A stretch of DNA of 64,000 bases, taken from NCBI GenBank assembly GCA_030700025.1, contig JAUYKI010000015.1, positions 28,623 through 92,622 on the forward strand. The letters run 5' to 3'. The stretch is from a bacterium (GTDB lineage: Bacteria; Patescibacteriota; Minisyncoccia; UBA6257; 02-FULL-45-10c). Shown here in pieces: positions 1 to 10,210 of the stretch; position 1 is the first letter of the stretch, and each line of letters starts with the position of its first letter. A program made the translations under genes and the position numbers. The notes under the pieces were generated by a model, which saw only the letters and a list, made by a program, of their open reading frames with translations, did not search any database and was not told where the DNA came from.

Positions 1-6
1 GCCCGT

Positions 7-276
7 AGGGCCTGTCATAAAATTACTGGTTTAATTTGGAGGCCGAGATTTGAGCCAGATGCGAGGCACGACGACGAAATTGTAGCCATAGCTACGTTGA
101 GGAGGAGTAACAAAGTAGCTGGCCAAATATCGGCCTCCCCGAAGGGCCATAGTATTTTATGGGCTACGACTGCGTCACTCGTCGTCAATGTAACTCAAGT
201 TACAATCTCCTCCTCGTTTCTGGTCTCGCTCCAAAAATGCTGTGGCAAATAAGCCATTAATTTTATGACAGGCCCT
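7..276. mobile_element. ~270-bp structured MITE/REPIN-like element with 19-bp terminal inverted repeats
   Basis: agggcctgtcataaaatta (7-25) is the exact reverse complement of taattttatgacaggccct (258-276). Two internal stem-loop arms are joined by ccccgaagggc. Non-coding. Confidence 0.7.
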
Positions 277-339
277 TAACTATAAAAGAGTTTATCATAA
301 ACACGTTATCTGTTAAAGTACAAAGAAGGTTTTTATCTT

Positions 340-1641
340 ATGTTTTCCAATAACAAACCAAAAGTGGCTATCATCGGCGCGGGAATGTCCGGCCTCGGCG
401 CGGCCATAAAGCTTTTAGAAAGCGGCTATTCCTGCGTTATTTTAGAATCCCAAGCCGAAGCCGGAGGGTTAGCCGGAAGTTTTTCCATTGATAAAAAATA
501 CTTTCCGTTTGGTTATCATCATATTCTTTGCCAAGATAAACCGCTTTTAAAAACCCTTAAAAAGCTGGGACTTTATCCGCAAGTAGCCTGGAAAAAAGGC
601 AAAGTGCTTTTCGCGGTAGACAATCAAATTTATAATCTGGAAAATCCCTGGGAATTTATTAAGTTTCCAATGTCCTGGAAGGCTAAAATTAAATTTGCCA
701 AATTAATGGCTTATTGTTTTTTAAAAAAGGATTGGGAAAAATCTCTTGGCAATGCCCAGAATTGGCTGGATAAAATCGCCGGCGAAGAGGTGCGGAAAAC
801 TATTTTTGATCCTTTAATGGATATCAAATACGGATTGCCTTCCGAAAATCTAAGCGCCAACTGGCTGGGAAGCCGGCTGCATTATCAGGAATTTTCTAAA
901 CCATTGGGATATCTGCCCAATCAAGATTGGACCAAAGTTTTAACTGACAAAATGGCGGAGAAAGTAAAAGAGCTCGGCGGAGAAATTATTACCAATGCTC
1001 CGGTTACAAAAATTCGCTTTAATCAAAATAAAGTAACCGGGCTGACTTATGTCCGCCAAAATCAAAGTTACGATATAAATACGGAGATTGTCATTAATAC
1101 CGCCCCGCCGCATATTTTTCTATCTTTGTGCGACTATCAGGACACCAAATTACAGAAAGTGGAGTATTTGGATGCCCTGTCTTTAATTCTGGAAACTGAG
1201 CAAAAATTACCGCGGGAACTATACCTTTTAAGCTGCCTAAGGCCGCGGTATTCTTTCGGGGGAATATTCATGCTGTCCTCTTTAAATAGAACTATCGGGG
1301 TTAAAAACGGTACGATTGTTAACTTTTTTACTACCCTAAGCCCAAAATATGAATACCTCCGGAGCCAAAATAGCGAAGAACTGCTGGAAACCTACCAGCG
1401 AGATTTTGAAAAAATCTTCGGCTTCCGCTTAGAACCCATTTGGCATCATTTAACATTAATTAAAAACTATTCTCCTAAGTTTTTAAATGATTACAAAAAT
1501 CCGGAAACTCGGGGAAATATTCCGGGGCTTTATTTTGCCGGAAATTATTTAACTTATCCGATTATTACTTCTACCGGAAGCGCGATCGCCTCGGGTGAAA
1601 AGGCCGCTGATTATATTATCCAAGACCACGATGGACATTAA
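340..1641 (+). CDS. FAD-dependent oxidoreductase (amine oxidase/protoporphyrinogen oxidase-like), glycosylation-cluster type
   Basis: N-terminal VAIIGAGMSGL..A and E...GG dinucleotide-binding motif; C-terminal GLYFAG. Confidence 0.8.
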   Translation: MFSNNKPKVAIIGAGMSGLGAAIKLLESGYSCVILESQAEAGGLAGSFSIDKKYFPFGYHHILCQDKPLLKTLKKLGLYPQVAWKKGKVLFAVDNQIYNLENPWEFIKFPMSWKAKIKFAKLMAYCFLKKDWEKSLGNAQNWLDKIAGEEVRKTIFDPLMDIKYGLPSENLSANWLGSRLHYQEFSKPLGYLPNQDWTKVLTDKMAEKVKELGGEIITNAPVTKIRFNQNKVTGLTYVRQNQSYDINTEIVINTAPPHIFLSLCDYQDTKLQKVEYLDALSLILETEQKLPRELYLLSCLRPRYSFGGIFMLSSLNRTIGVKNGTIVNFFTTLSPKYEYLRSQNSEELLETYQRDFEKIFGFRLEPIWHHLTLIKNYSPKFLNDYKNPETRGNIPGLYFAGNYLTYPIITSTGSAIASGEKAADYIIQDHDGH

Positions 1642-2344
1642 ATTATCAATAATAATTCCCACTTATAACGAAGAGGGAAATATCGGGCGGTTGCTGACGC
1701 TAACCCATGAAATATTGCAATCGGAATCCATTTCGCACGAGCTGATTGTCGTGGATGACGGAAGTAAGGACAAAACCAGAGAAATAATCCGAACTCTGCA
1801 AAAAACTATTTCGGAAATTATACTGATTGAACGGGACAATGAACGGGGGTTAGCCACCGCTTTAATACGCGGTTATAACCAGGCCCGCGGGCTTTATTTA
1901 GGTTCCATGGACGCGGATTTTGCCCACGACCCCAAGTATATTCCAGCAATGATCCGCATTCTTGATAATGAGAAAGTGGATTTTATCATTGGCTCCCGCT
2001 ATGTCCAGGGCGCGCGCTTTGAGGGAAAGCCCCTTCTCAATAAATTAGCCAGCTTAACCGGGCAATGGCTCATTAAGATACTTTTGGGGCTAAAAATAAA
2101 AGACACGAGCAATAATTATCGGGTCTTTAGAAAAGAGCTTTGGGCGAAAATTAAAGATAAGCTGCATCCCGATGGAAACATTATGATTACCGAAATTGCT
2201 TATTTAGCAGAAAAAAATAATTTCAAATTTAAAGAAATACCAATTCTCTATATTGAAAGGCGCTTGGGCAAAAGCAAATTAAGCGTTTTTAAAGAGACGG
2301 TAAAATTTTTTAAGAATATCCGGAGAATAAAAAATAGCCGTTAA
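1631..2344 (+). CDS. GT2 polyprenol-phosphate glycosyltransferase (DPM1-like)
   Basis: SIIIPTYNE, VVDDGSKD, MDADFAHDP, IIGSRY. Start moved to the ATG at 1631, overlapping the upstream stop. Confidence 0.85.
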   Translation: MDIKLSIIIPTYNEEGNIGRLLTLTHEILQSESISHELIVVDDGSKDKTREIIRTLQKTISEIILIERDNERGLATALIRGYNQARGLYLGSMDADFAHDPKYIPAMIRILDNEKVDFIIGSRYVQGARFEGKPLLNKLASLTGQWLIKILLGLKIKDTSNNYRVFRKELWAKIKDKLHPDGNIMITEIAYLAEKNNFKFKEIPILYIERRLGKSKLSVFKETVKFFKNIRRIKNSR

Positions 2345-3339
2345 CGGCTATTTTTTAAATCAAGTTTTATTTTAGCCAGCACTTTCACGAATCCTTCTTT
2401 AATGGAATATTTCGGTTTCCAGCCCAAACTCTTAATTAATGCGGGGTCGGCTAAAACAGTAAACGAACCCTCAACTTTCTCTGCCAGGGGCTGAATTTTG
2501 GGGCTATAACCCTCTATTTCGGCCATCAACCGCGCCACCTCCTTAAAAGAAGTCGCCTGCCCCAGCCCGATATTCACGCCGCGGCCATCGCTGATATTTC
2601 TAATTGCCAAGCAAAGCGCGTCAACAAAATCATCAATATAAACAAAATCCCGAGTTTGATTTCCCGACCCCCAAACTACCAAGGGGTCCTCTCTTTTAAC
2701 CGCCCGCAAAGCAATGGAAGGAATTGGGTAAGATAAATCCTGATCCTCCCCATAACCGGAAAAAGGCCGGACGCAAACGACCGGCAGGCCGTATTTTTTC
2801 GCGGTCACGCCAGCCAAATATTCTCCATTCACCTTAATCCAGCCATAAATTGATTCCGGTATTCCCACTTCTCCTAAATTATTTCTAAGATCCAGAAATT
2901 CCTCCTTCATGGCAATTTGGCCTCCGGCCTCGCGGCTTTGCAGTTTATTCGGATAAGCCACGGAACTGCTGACATACAAAATCCGGCCAATCTTTTCTTT
3001 ATTTTTTACCGCCCAGCTAAAAAAAGTAGAATCAATAACCTGGTCATAAGCTACAAACATTGGATTCTGCTCTATCAGAACCGCCCGGCCGCCCACCACC
3101 GCCGCCAAATGATATACTTCGTCAAAATACGGCCAATCGGAATTATTATTTAAAAATTCCACTAAATTTTCTTGGACAAAATGAACTTTTGGCTTGTACG
3201 ATTCCGAAAGCCACGCATCCGGATGCTTTCCGCTAAAAAGATTATCAATAATCCAGACATCGCTGCCCTCGCTCAACAATTTATTAACTAAATGCCGGCC
3301 GACAAACCCGCAGCCGCCGGTAATTAAAATTCTTTTCAT
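2341..3339 (-). CDS. NAD-dependent NDP-sugar epimerase/dehydratase
   Basis: ILITGGCGFVG, YHLAA, YGWIK (YxxxK), QTRDFVYIDD. Confidence 0.85.
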   Translation of the reverse strand: MKRILITGGCGFVGRHLVNKLLSEGSDVWIIDNLFSGKHPDAWLSESYKPKVHFVQENLVEFLNNNSDWPYFDEVYHLAAVVGGRAVLIEQNPMFVAYDQVIDSTFFSWAVKNKEKIGRILYVSSSVAYPNKLQSREAGGQIAMKEEFLDLRNNLGEVGIPESIYGWIKVNGEYLAGVTAKKYGLPVVCVRPFSGYGEDQDLSYPIPSIALRAVKREDPLVVWGSGNQTRDFVYIDDFVDALCLAIRNISDGRGVNIGLGQATSFKEVARLMAEIEGYSPKIQPLAEKVEGSFTVLADPALIKSLGWKPKYSIKEGFVKVLAKIKLDLKNSR

Positions 3340-3428
3340 ATCGTTATTATATTCTCTTACAATTCATTCAACAATCCTAATAATCCCGAAAGTAAACTTT
3401 TCTAATTGTAAAAAGGCCGTAATATGAC

Positions 3429-4317
3429 CTATAAAATTTCTTCTATTATATTTCTCCCCTTCCAACATAATAAGTTAGTTGCGGCATCTGGGTCGTTTGA
3501 GGGAAAAATTTTATAAAATTCGCGCTCCGTCATGCGCGTTACTTGCTTCTTCTCTTCATCGATTACGACCCACGAAAAATTCTCTTTAGTAAGAATATCA
3601 AAAAATTCCTCAATAGACGTACCGGCGCGCTCCATTTTCCGTGGCCAAACTTCACTAATCAATGTCAGATTGGGATTTTCTCCAAGTACCCGGCGCATAC
3701 CTCGCAAAGCTAATACTTCAGCTCCTTGAATATCCATCTTAATAAAACTTATCGGGGTAGGTGGTTTGATAACTTCGTCCAAAGTAGTAAGTCGTATGCC
3801 CACCCCCTTGGCGCCAAAAGATTCATAAATTCGATTATCGCCTTTATTGTAATCATTTATAAATATTTGGCCGCCGCCCGATTTGTCCGATAAACCCATC
3901 TCGTAAAGATTAACCCGATCTACAAAATGATTTTCTTGTACATTTTGCTTTAGTAACCGAAAAGTCTGTGGCGCCGGTTCAAACGCCCACACCTTACTCT
4001 CTCTCTCTCTCTCTCGTGCCTATCAACTCTGACAGAAGAACGGTGTAGTATCCGACATTCGCTCCAATATCTACCGCGTTGTCCCCTCGGGAGACTAGTT
4101 TACTTATCAAAAAAGTTTCATAGGGTTCATAAGAATTACTAAGCAGCTCTCGACTTATTGTCTCGTCAGTTGGATCAAGATTAAACACAAATCCACGCAC
4201 ATATGCCTTACGGGGCTTTATTGCGCTCAAAATTGAGCGCGCAATAGGTACCTTACGAAGACCAAGGCCTCTAAATGGTGCCAGAAAAAAAAGAATTAAT
4301 TTATATAACTTATTCAT
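3429..4317 (-). pseudogene. FkbM-family methyltransferase, frameshifted at a GA dinucleotide repeat (possibly phase variable)
   Basis: ORF 3994-4317 has VDIGANVGYYT and ends ...GTRERERE*. ORF 3429-3992 continues VWAFEP...FIKMDIQGAE in another frame. Confidence 0.85.
3997..4015. repeat. (CT)9C / (GA)9G simple sequence repeat
   Basis: ctctctctctctctctctc read directly; lies exactly at the FkbM frameshift. Confidence 0.95.
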
Positions 4318-4347
4318 AGTATGGCTCGTAGGGATAAATTTTATCCT

Positions 4348-5961
4348 TTATAACTTATAAACATTTACAAAAGTGCCGCCATAAGCGCGGGCCCCGATTA
4401 ATTCGGGCGTGTCTATTTTAGTAACCCTGGAAATAGGATCGTCAATTCCAAAAAAAGATTTATAGCGATAAGTTAAAACTACCTCATAATCCACCAGATA
4501 ATCAATTCGGTTGTCTTGGAATAATTGCCAAATTTTATTTTCCTTCATTGCCTTATAAGCGCTGTTGTTGATTAATCCGTCGGAATTCATAACAAACCGA
4601 TCGGAAAAATAACCCATAATACCGCTGTTGAAAGCGGCAACCCTGGCATCCGCGGGAAGATTGTTCTTAGTCCAAATTGCGACTTGATACATTCCTAATT
4701 GATTAATATTTTCGGATAAAATCTTATTAAAATGCCCCAAATAAGAAACGCTTAGCAAAACCGCCAAAACCACCAGTGCTTTTCGGCGGTAGGAATATAA
4801 AGTGGCCCGACTTAAAACCAAAGCAATAAAAATCGTGGCGAAAATCGGGAACGTGGCAAAATACCACGACCGGCCAGACCAGCGGATTGCTCCGTGCCCC
4901 GCCACCAGCAAAAAATATCCGGCAAAAAATACCAATAAGGCCAGCCACTCCTTGGAAGAAAAAAGTTCTTTTAAAAAACTCCCCAATTCCATTTTTTTCT
5001 TTTTATAAAAATAAAAAATAATTGCCGAGGGAATGAGCGCGGTCCCCGCCATCCAAAAAAATGACTTAAGCATATCTCGGGTTGAATAATATATCGGCCA
5101 GCCCAAAGTACTAATATTGGAAGCCACGGTGCCAAAAAAATTATGCAGAGACCAAAGTCCGATATAAGTTAAACTCCGCTCTTTATAAAACCAAAGCCGG
5201 TGATTAATTAGGGTGTAAGCCAAACCGCTTGCCGGAACAAAAGAACCGAAATAAAAATAATTATATAAGAACCAGGGGGCAGCTAATAAAAACGCCGGCA
5301 ATCCAAAAAAAAGAAGTTGTTTCCACCGCAATTTCCCAAATCGAAAACCCAAGAAAATAAAAACTGCCGCCAAAAAAACACCGTAATCCAAACGAGAAAG
5401 GACTAGCAATCCTCCGATTATTCCCAAAAGAATGAGGTTCTTTGGCGAGTCCCCGCCTTTAAGGATTTTTAAAAAAATCCTGAAGAATACCGTAAACAGA
5501 AAAAGCGCCAAAGGAGTTTCCAGCCCGCTCAAATAAAAAGACAGGTTCCAGGGATTAATGGCATAAGTTAAAACCAAAAGAGACGGGGCAAGCTTATCAT
5601 TGGTAAAAGTTGAAATAATTTTCCAAATTAATACACTGGTCAGAAAAAAAAGAATGGCGGATAAGGTTAATATAATATGAAGCGGAAGAATTTTATCTCC
5701 GGGGAAAAAATAAAAAACCGCCGCGCTAATGCCCATCCATAAAGGATGGTATCCGTTCGTCGCGTGCTCTCCGTCAAAAGTAGGCCCCAATCCGCTGGTT
5801 AAATTAATCGCGGTTTTAAAATAATAAAAAGCGTCATCTACCAGAAATCTGGCGAGCAGGCTTTCAATCGGCTGCCAAGCCAGCCAAAGATAGGCAAAAA
5901 AAATCAACATCAAGAGTCCTAAAAAAACTTTATTTTCTTTTAAGGAAGTTATTAGATTCAT
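4348..5961 (-). CDS. multi-TM GT-C fold glycosyltransferase-like protein
   Basis: DDAFYY after the first TM, TNGYHPLW, SGLETPL, RLD; many TM segments. Confidence 0.7.
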   Translation of the reverse strand: MNLITSLKENKVFLGLLMLIFFAYLWLAWQPIESLLARFLVDDAFYYFKTAINLTSGLGPTFDGEHATNGYHPLWMGISAAVFYFFPGDKILPLHIILTLSAILFFLTSVLIWKIISTFTNDKLAPSLLVLTYAINPWNLSFYLSGLETPLALFLFTVFFRIFLKILKGGDSPKNLILLGIIGGLLVLSRLDYGVFLAAVFIFLGFRFGKLRWKQLLFFGLPAFLLAAPWFLYNYFYFGSFVPASGLAYTLINHRLWFYKERSLTYIGLWSLHNFFGTVASNISTLGWPIYYSTRDMLKSFFWMAGTALIPSAIIFYFYKKKKMELGSFLKELFSSKEWLALLVFFAGYFLLVAGHGAIRWSGRSWYFATFPIFATIFIALVLSRATLYSYRRKALVVLAVLLSVSYLGHFNKILSENINQLGMYQVAIWTKNNLPADARVAAFNSGIMGYFSDRFVMNSDGLINNSAYKAMKENKIWQLFQDNRIDYLVDYEVVLTYRYKSFFGIDDPISRVTKIDTPELIGARAYGGTFVNVYKL

Positions 5962-7160
5962 TTGTTCAGACTCTTAGATTTAATGTCTTTCATTTTATTC
6001 AGCCATCGCTCAATTTGTTTTTCGTGATTCATTTCGTCTTCGCCCAATCGCTTATAGCAATTACGGGACAGTTCCGCGCGCAAATTAGCATCGTTTCCCA
6101 GTTGTTCTATTTTTTTAGCCAAATCATCCGTATCTTCGTCTTTAAAATAAAGCGCGCTTTTCCGCGCCACCCACTCTAAACCGCCTCCGCCTGGCAAAAT
6201 AGCCGGCAAACCAAAAGCCATGGCATAAGACAGGGAAATAGAGGTATTGTCCGTCCTCCAATGGGCCTGCACAAAGATATCTACTTCCTTGTGCATTTCG
6301 AGCAACCTTTCTCGGGTAACCCAACCGGTCAATTTCATATAAGGATCAAGTTTGAAATCGCTAATCATCCGCCTAATCGCCCCCGCCTCCGGGCCCGTTC
6401 CGCCCAAAATCAAGCGGAAATTATCTTTATTCTTTAATTTAGAAAAAGCCGTTAATAATAAATCAAATCCTTTTCCGGGCGCCATCCGGCTGGAATAAAA
6501 AAGCGCAACCGGGCCGGATTTTTTATTGCGCTTTAAATAATCATCGGGCGAAATATGATTCTCCCTGAAAATTTTCGGGTAATCAATCGGGTCTCCCATA
6601 ATTTGCGCCTGCGGATCTTTTCTCATTCCAAAATCTTCATAAGCCGATCGCAAAACCGGATTGGTATAAAAAATAATATCCATATGGCTCGCGATCGGCA
6701 TTAAAAAATATTTTTCAATCCATCGGCGTAATTTCTTTTTTAGCTGAACCGGGAAAGAATCTTTGGGCGCGCGGAATAAACTGGAAATATTTTCCGGCCA
6801 GCTGGAAAGCTCCCGGTTAAAAAAAGCGGATACGGGAATGCGGCCGCCTAGGAATCGGTATAGTCCGGCGCCATAAAGAAAATTGTGGCCGTCCACGTGG
6901 AAAAAATCGGCTTGGTCAGAATACTTTTTTAAAATTTTAAAGATTCCCTTCTGAATGCCGAATAGTCCCCGCGATGTTATATTTTCTTCAATTAATTTAT
7001 ACGGCAGTGGGTTAGGAATATCGTTCGCATAAGAAAATGCCGTAACGGCCGTTACCTCATTTCCCAGCTTTATCAAGGTCCTAATCATTAAGTCAAACTC
7101 TTCTATGGACCCGCCCGCGGTCCGGAAATTTAATTTGGATGTAATAAAGAAAATTTTCAT
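5958..7160 (-). CDS. GT4 glycosyltransferase
   Basis: SRMAPGKG, GGTGPE, degenerate SLSYAMAFGLP motif. Confidence 0.8.
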   Translation of the reverse strand: MKIFFITSKLNFRTAGGSIEEFDLMIRTLIKLGNEVTAVTAFSYANDIPNPLPYKLIEENITSRGLFGIQKGIFKILKKYSDQADFFHVDGHNFLYGAGLYRFLGGRIPVSAFFNRELSSWPENISSLFRAPKDSFPVQLKKKLRRWIEKYFLMPIASHMDIIFYTNPVLRSAYEDFGMRKDPQAQIMGDPIDYPKIFRENHISPDDYLKRNKKSGPVALFYSSRMAPGKGFDLLLTAFSKLKNKDNFRLILGGTGPEAGAIRRMISDFKLDPYMKLTGWVTRERLLEMHKEVDIFVQAHWRTDNTSISLSYAMAFGLPAILPGGGGLEWVARKSALYFKDEDTDDLAKKIEQLGNDANLRAELSRNCYKRLGEDEMNHEKQIERWLNKMKDIKSKSLNK

Positions 7161-7222
7161 TTATTATGATAATATAATTAGCAATATAACTCTGATCCAA
7201 GATTATAAGTTATAATACGATA

Positions 7223-8470
7223 ATGAATACTAAAACCGATATTGGCTATATCAGCGGCTGCCAAGTCTGCCGGTCGCCTAAATTAACCACTGTTCTCCGT
7301 TACGGCAACCAGCCTATTGTTCAGGCTTATCTTACCAAAAAACAACTTAACCAGCCAGAAACCACCTTTCCCCTTAACTTAGTTTATTGCCAAGCTTGCG
7401 GATTATTACAGCTAGATTATATCGTAGATCCCCAAATTGTTTTTCCTAAAAATTATCCTTACCGCACCGGCTTAACCAACATGCTAATCCGCAATTTCCG
7501 CGCGCTCGCTGACAAAGTCACGCCAGAATATAATTTAAAGCTAAAAGATTTAGTAATCGATATCGGCTCCAATGACGGCAGTCTATTGAAAGGATTTAAA
7601 GAAAAAGGGTTGCGCGTCTTGGGAGTAGAACCTACCGACGCGGCCAAAGACGCCAATAAAAATGGCATACCGACTATTCAGGAATTTTTTGACAAAAACA
7701 TTGCTAAAAAAATAATTAACAAACACGGCCGGGCAAAATTAATTACCGCGACCAATGTTTTCGCTCACATCAATAACGCCTCGGATCTGGCCAAAAATAT
7801 TTATTCTTTATTGGATAAAAACGGCGTATTTATTTCTGAATCGCAATACTTCTTGGATACCTTTGAAAAGACAGAGCTGGACTGCGTTTACCATGAGCAC
7901 ATCCGATTCTATACCCTCAAACCATTAATAAAACTGCTTTCCAATGCCGGGTTTACGATAGTGGATGCCGAAAGAATTTCTGCCGCCGGCGGATCCATTC
8001 GAGTTTTTGCGATGAAAGGAAAGCGTCCGCAAGCCAAAAGAGTAAAAGATTTAGTCCGAAAAGAGGAAAAAGCCGGGCTTTATAATATTAAAAAGTTAAA
8101 AACTTTCTCGGAAAAAGCTATTCAGGCGAAGCGGGAATTAATTTCTCTAGTGTCAGAATGCGCCCAAAAAGGCACCGTTGTCGGGCTGGGCTCTCCGGCC
8201 AGAGCCAATACCCTGCTAGGATTTACGCATATTGATAAAGATTTAATAGCTTATCTCGGCGAAAAATCCGGATCTCCAAAAATCGGCCTGCTAACTCCCG
8301 GAACTCACATTCCGGTAGTAGATGAAAAAAAGATATTTCAAGAACAGCCCGAGTATGTTTTAGTTCTTTCCTGGCATATCGGCGAAGAATTAGTTAAGAA
8401 AATAAAACAGCTTGGCTACAAGGGAAAATTCATTCTTCCTCTTCCTAAACCAAGAATCATATCCAATTAA
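7223..8470 (+). CDS. NDP-sugar C-methyltransferase (Zn-binding N-terminus, SAM domain, C-methyltransferase C-terminus)
   Basis: CQVC...CQACGLLQL, IDIGSNDG, NVFAH, YHEH, GGSIRV, PGTHIPV, LSWH. Confidence 0.85.
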   Translation: MNTKTDIGYISGCQVCRSPKLTTVLRYGNQPIVQAYLTKKQLNQPETTFPLNLVYCQACGLLQLDYIVDPQIVFPKNYPYRTGLTNMLIRNFRALADKVTPEYNLKLKDLVIDIGSNDGSLLKGFKEKGLRVLGVEPTDAAKDANKNGIPTIQEFFDKNIAKKIINKHGRAKLITATNVFAHINNASDLAKNIYSLLDKNGVFISESQYFLDTFEKTELDCVYHEHIRFYTLKPLIKLLSNAGFTIVDAERISAAGGSIRVFAMKGKRPQAKRVKDLVRKEEKAGLYNIKKLKTFSEKAIQAKRELISLVSECAQKGTVVGLGSPARANTLLGFTHIDKDLIAYLGEKSGSPKIGLLTPGTHIPVVDEKKIFQEQPEYVLVLSWHIGEELVKKIKQLGYKGKFILPLPKPRIISN

Positions 8471-8471
8471 A

Positions 8472-9530
8472 ATGATAAGGATTGGAATTATCGGAACCGG
8501 TTTCGGCGCCAAGGTGCATATACCGGGATTTCAAAAAATTAAAGGGGTAAAAATTACCGGGATTGCCGGATCTAATCCGGCTAAAACTGCCCAAACCGCC
8601 AAAGAGAGTAATATTCCCCTGGTTTTTGATACTTGGCAAAAGCTAATTGCCTCGCCGGAAATTGATGCCGTAAGTATTACTACGCCTCCGCATCTCCATT
8701 TTAAAATCGCGGCGGCGGCTTTCCGAAATAAAAAACACGTCCTATGCGAAAAACCGCTCGCTATGAACGCGCAAGAAGCCCAGCGCATAACCAAAATAGC
8801 AAAAAAGAGCGGCTTAATTCATATGGTGAACTTTGAATTTAAAAATATCCCCAATTGGTTGCTAATGAAAGATTTGCTTCAAAAAAATCGCCTGGGAAAA
8901 TTGCGCCACATTAGCGTTAATTGGATTACCGGCGGGCGGGCAAACCCCAAACTTCCCTTTATCTGGCAAAATGACGCTAAATACGGCGGGGGGACTCTCT
9001 TTGCCTTCGGCTCGCATATAGTTGACTACATTGAATGGTTTTTTGGCCCCATTGAGAAAGTTTTTGGAAAATTAAGCATCATTAAAAAAATAGCGGGTGG
9101 CAAAAAACCAACCGCGGAAGATACTTGTGATGTTTTAATGGAATTAAAGATTGGGGTTTTGTTAAATTTAACTACCTCTAATGTTTTGCCTAACGGTTGC
9201 GGGCATAGAATAGAAATTTATGGAGAAAAAGGATCGCTAAAACTGCAAAATAGCAACTTAAAAGATGCTGTGTATGGATTTGAATTAGAAGAATGGCTGA
9301 CTAAAAATAAAATGAGAAAGAAATTATCTTTGCCGGCCGGATATCCTAAATTTAAAGAAAAATATTCCGACGGGAGATTAGAAGCCTTCCTAAAAATCGC
9401 TGAACGCTTTATTAAAGCCATAAAAACTAACCGCCAAACTTCTTCGTCTTTCCAAGACGGACTAAGAGCCCAACTAGTCATGGAAGCCATCCAAAAATCC
9501 CATAAGCTCCAAAAATGGATTTCTATTTAA
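8472..9530 (+). CDS. Gfo/Idh/MocA oxidoreductase (possible NDP-hexose ketoreductase)
   Basis: IGIIGTG, HVLCEKPLA, GGG...GSH. Start at the ATG at 8472. Confidence 0.85.
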   Translation: MIRIGIIGTGFGAKVHIPGFQKIKGVKITGIAGSNPAKTAQTAKESNIPLVFDTWQKLIASPEIDAVSITTPPHLHFKIAAAAFRNKKHVLCEKPLAMNAQEAQRITKIAKKSGLIHMVNFEFKNIPNWLLMKDLLQKNRLGKLRHISVNWITGGRANPKLPFIWQNDAKYGGGTLFAFGSHIVDYIEWFFGPIEKVFGKLSIIKKIAGGKKPTAEDTCDVLMELKIGVLLNLTTSNVLPNGCGHRIEIYGEKGSLKLQNSNLKDAVYGFELEEWLTKNKMRKKLSLPAGYPKFKEKYSDGRLEAFLKIAERFIKAIKTNRQTSSSFQDGLRAQLVMEAIQKSHKLQKWISI

Positions 9531-9629
9531 AAAATCGGCCGCGGATAAATTCGACTGTCCTTTTTATTGACTAAAAAAGTATTTCTGGTATCCTATAATC
9601 AGTTCGCAAAAATAATGAGGTAACTGCCA

Positions 9630-10181
9630 ATGCAATACAGGGCCTATGCCGAAAACAAGCGCGTAATGGCCCCCAAGCGGCTTACCGATAAAGAATATGC
9701 TGCTGCCATAGCGCGATTCCCGCGAGTTTGCGCCGATATAATTCCGATTAATCGGCGCAACAGAACCATTTATCTTGCCAAACGAAAATTAGGCCATCCT
9801 AACGGTTGGTGGTGGATTGGCGGCGCTTTAAGTGCCGGCGAAAAACCAGAAAGAGCGGCGCAACGAAATTTAAAACGGGAAACTTCTTTAAAGCTCCCCG
9901 TAAAAAGATTTGATAGTTTGCCGAAACTGAATTTCTATATTTGGAATCTGGGAAATCATTCCTCTAAAAATCTGAGCTGTAATGACATCGTTTTTTGTTA
10001 TCTAATTGAACCTTCGGAAAAAGAAATAGCGCGGATGTCCCGGAATCTGGACCAAGCCGAATATGAACAGTCAGCGGCGCTTATAGAATTTTCTAGGGCT
10101 GCCATAAAAAATCAAGCGGGATTTAACGAGCTTGCCCGAAAAATCATTTTAGATATTTATGACGAAGTTTTTCCAAAATAA
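9630..10181 (+). CDS. NUDIX hydrolase (GDP-mannose mannosyl hydrolase-like)
   Basis: WWIGG....GE....AAQRNLKRETSL, a modified Nudix box. Confidence 0.7.
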   Translation: MQYRAYAENKRVMAPKRLTDKEYAAAIARFPRVCADIIPINRRNRTIYLAKRKLGHPNGWWWIGGALSAGEKPERAAQRNLKRETSLKLPVKRFDSLPKLNFYIWNLGNHSSKNLSCNDIVFCYLIEPSEKEIARMSRNLDQAEYEQSAALIEFSRAAIKNQAGFNELARKIILDIYDEVFPK

Positions 10182-10185
10182 AGGC

Positions 10186-10210
10186 AAAAACGAGCTATAA
10201 GCTCGTTTTT
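10186..10210. terminator. bidirectional intrinsic terminator
   Basis: aaaaacgagc-tataa-gctcgttttt between convergent genes. Confidence 0.75.
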
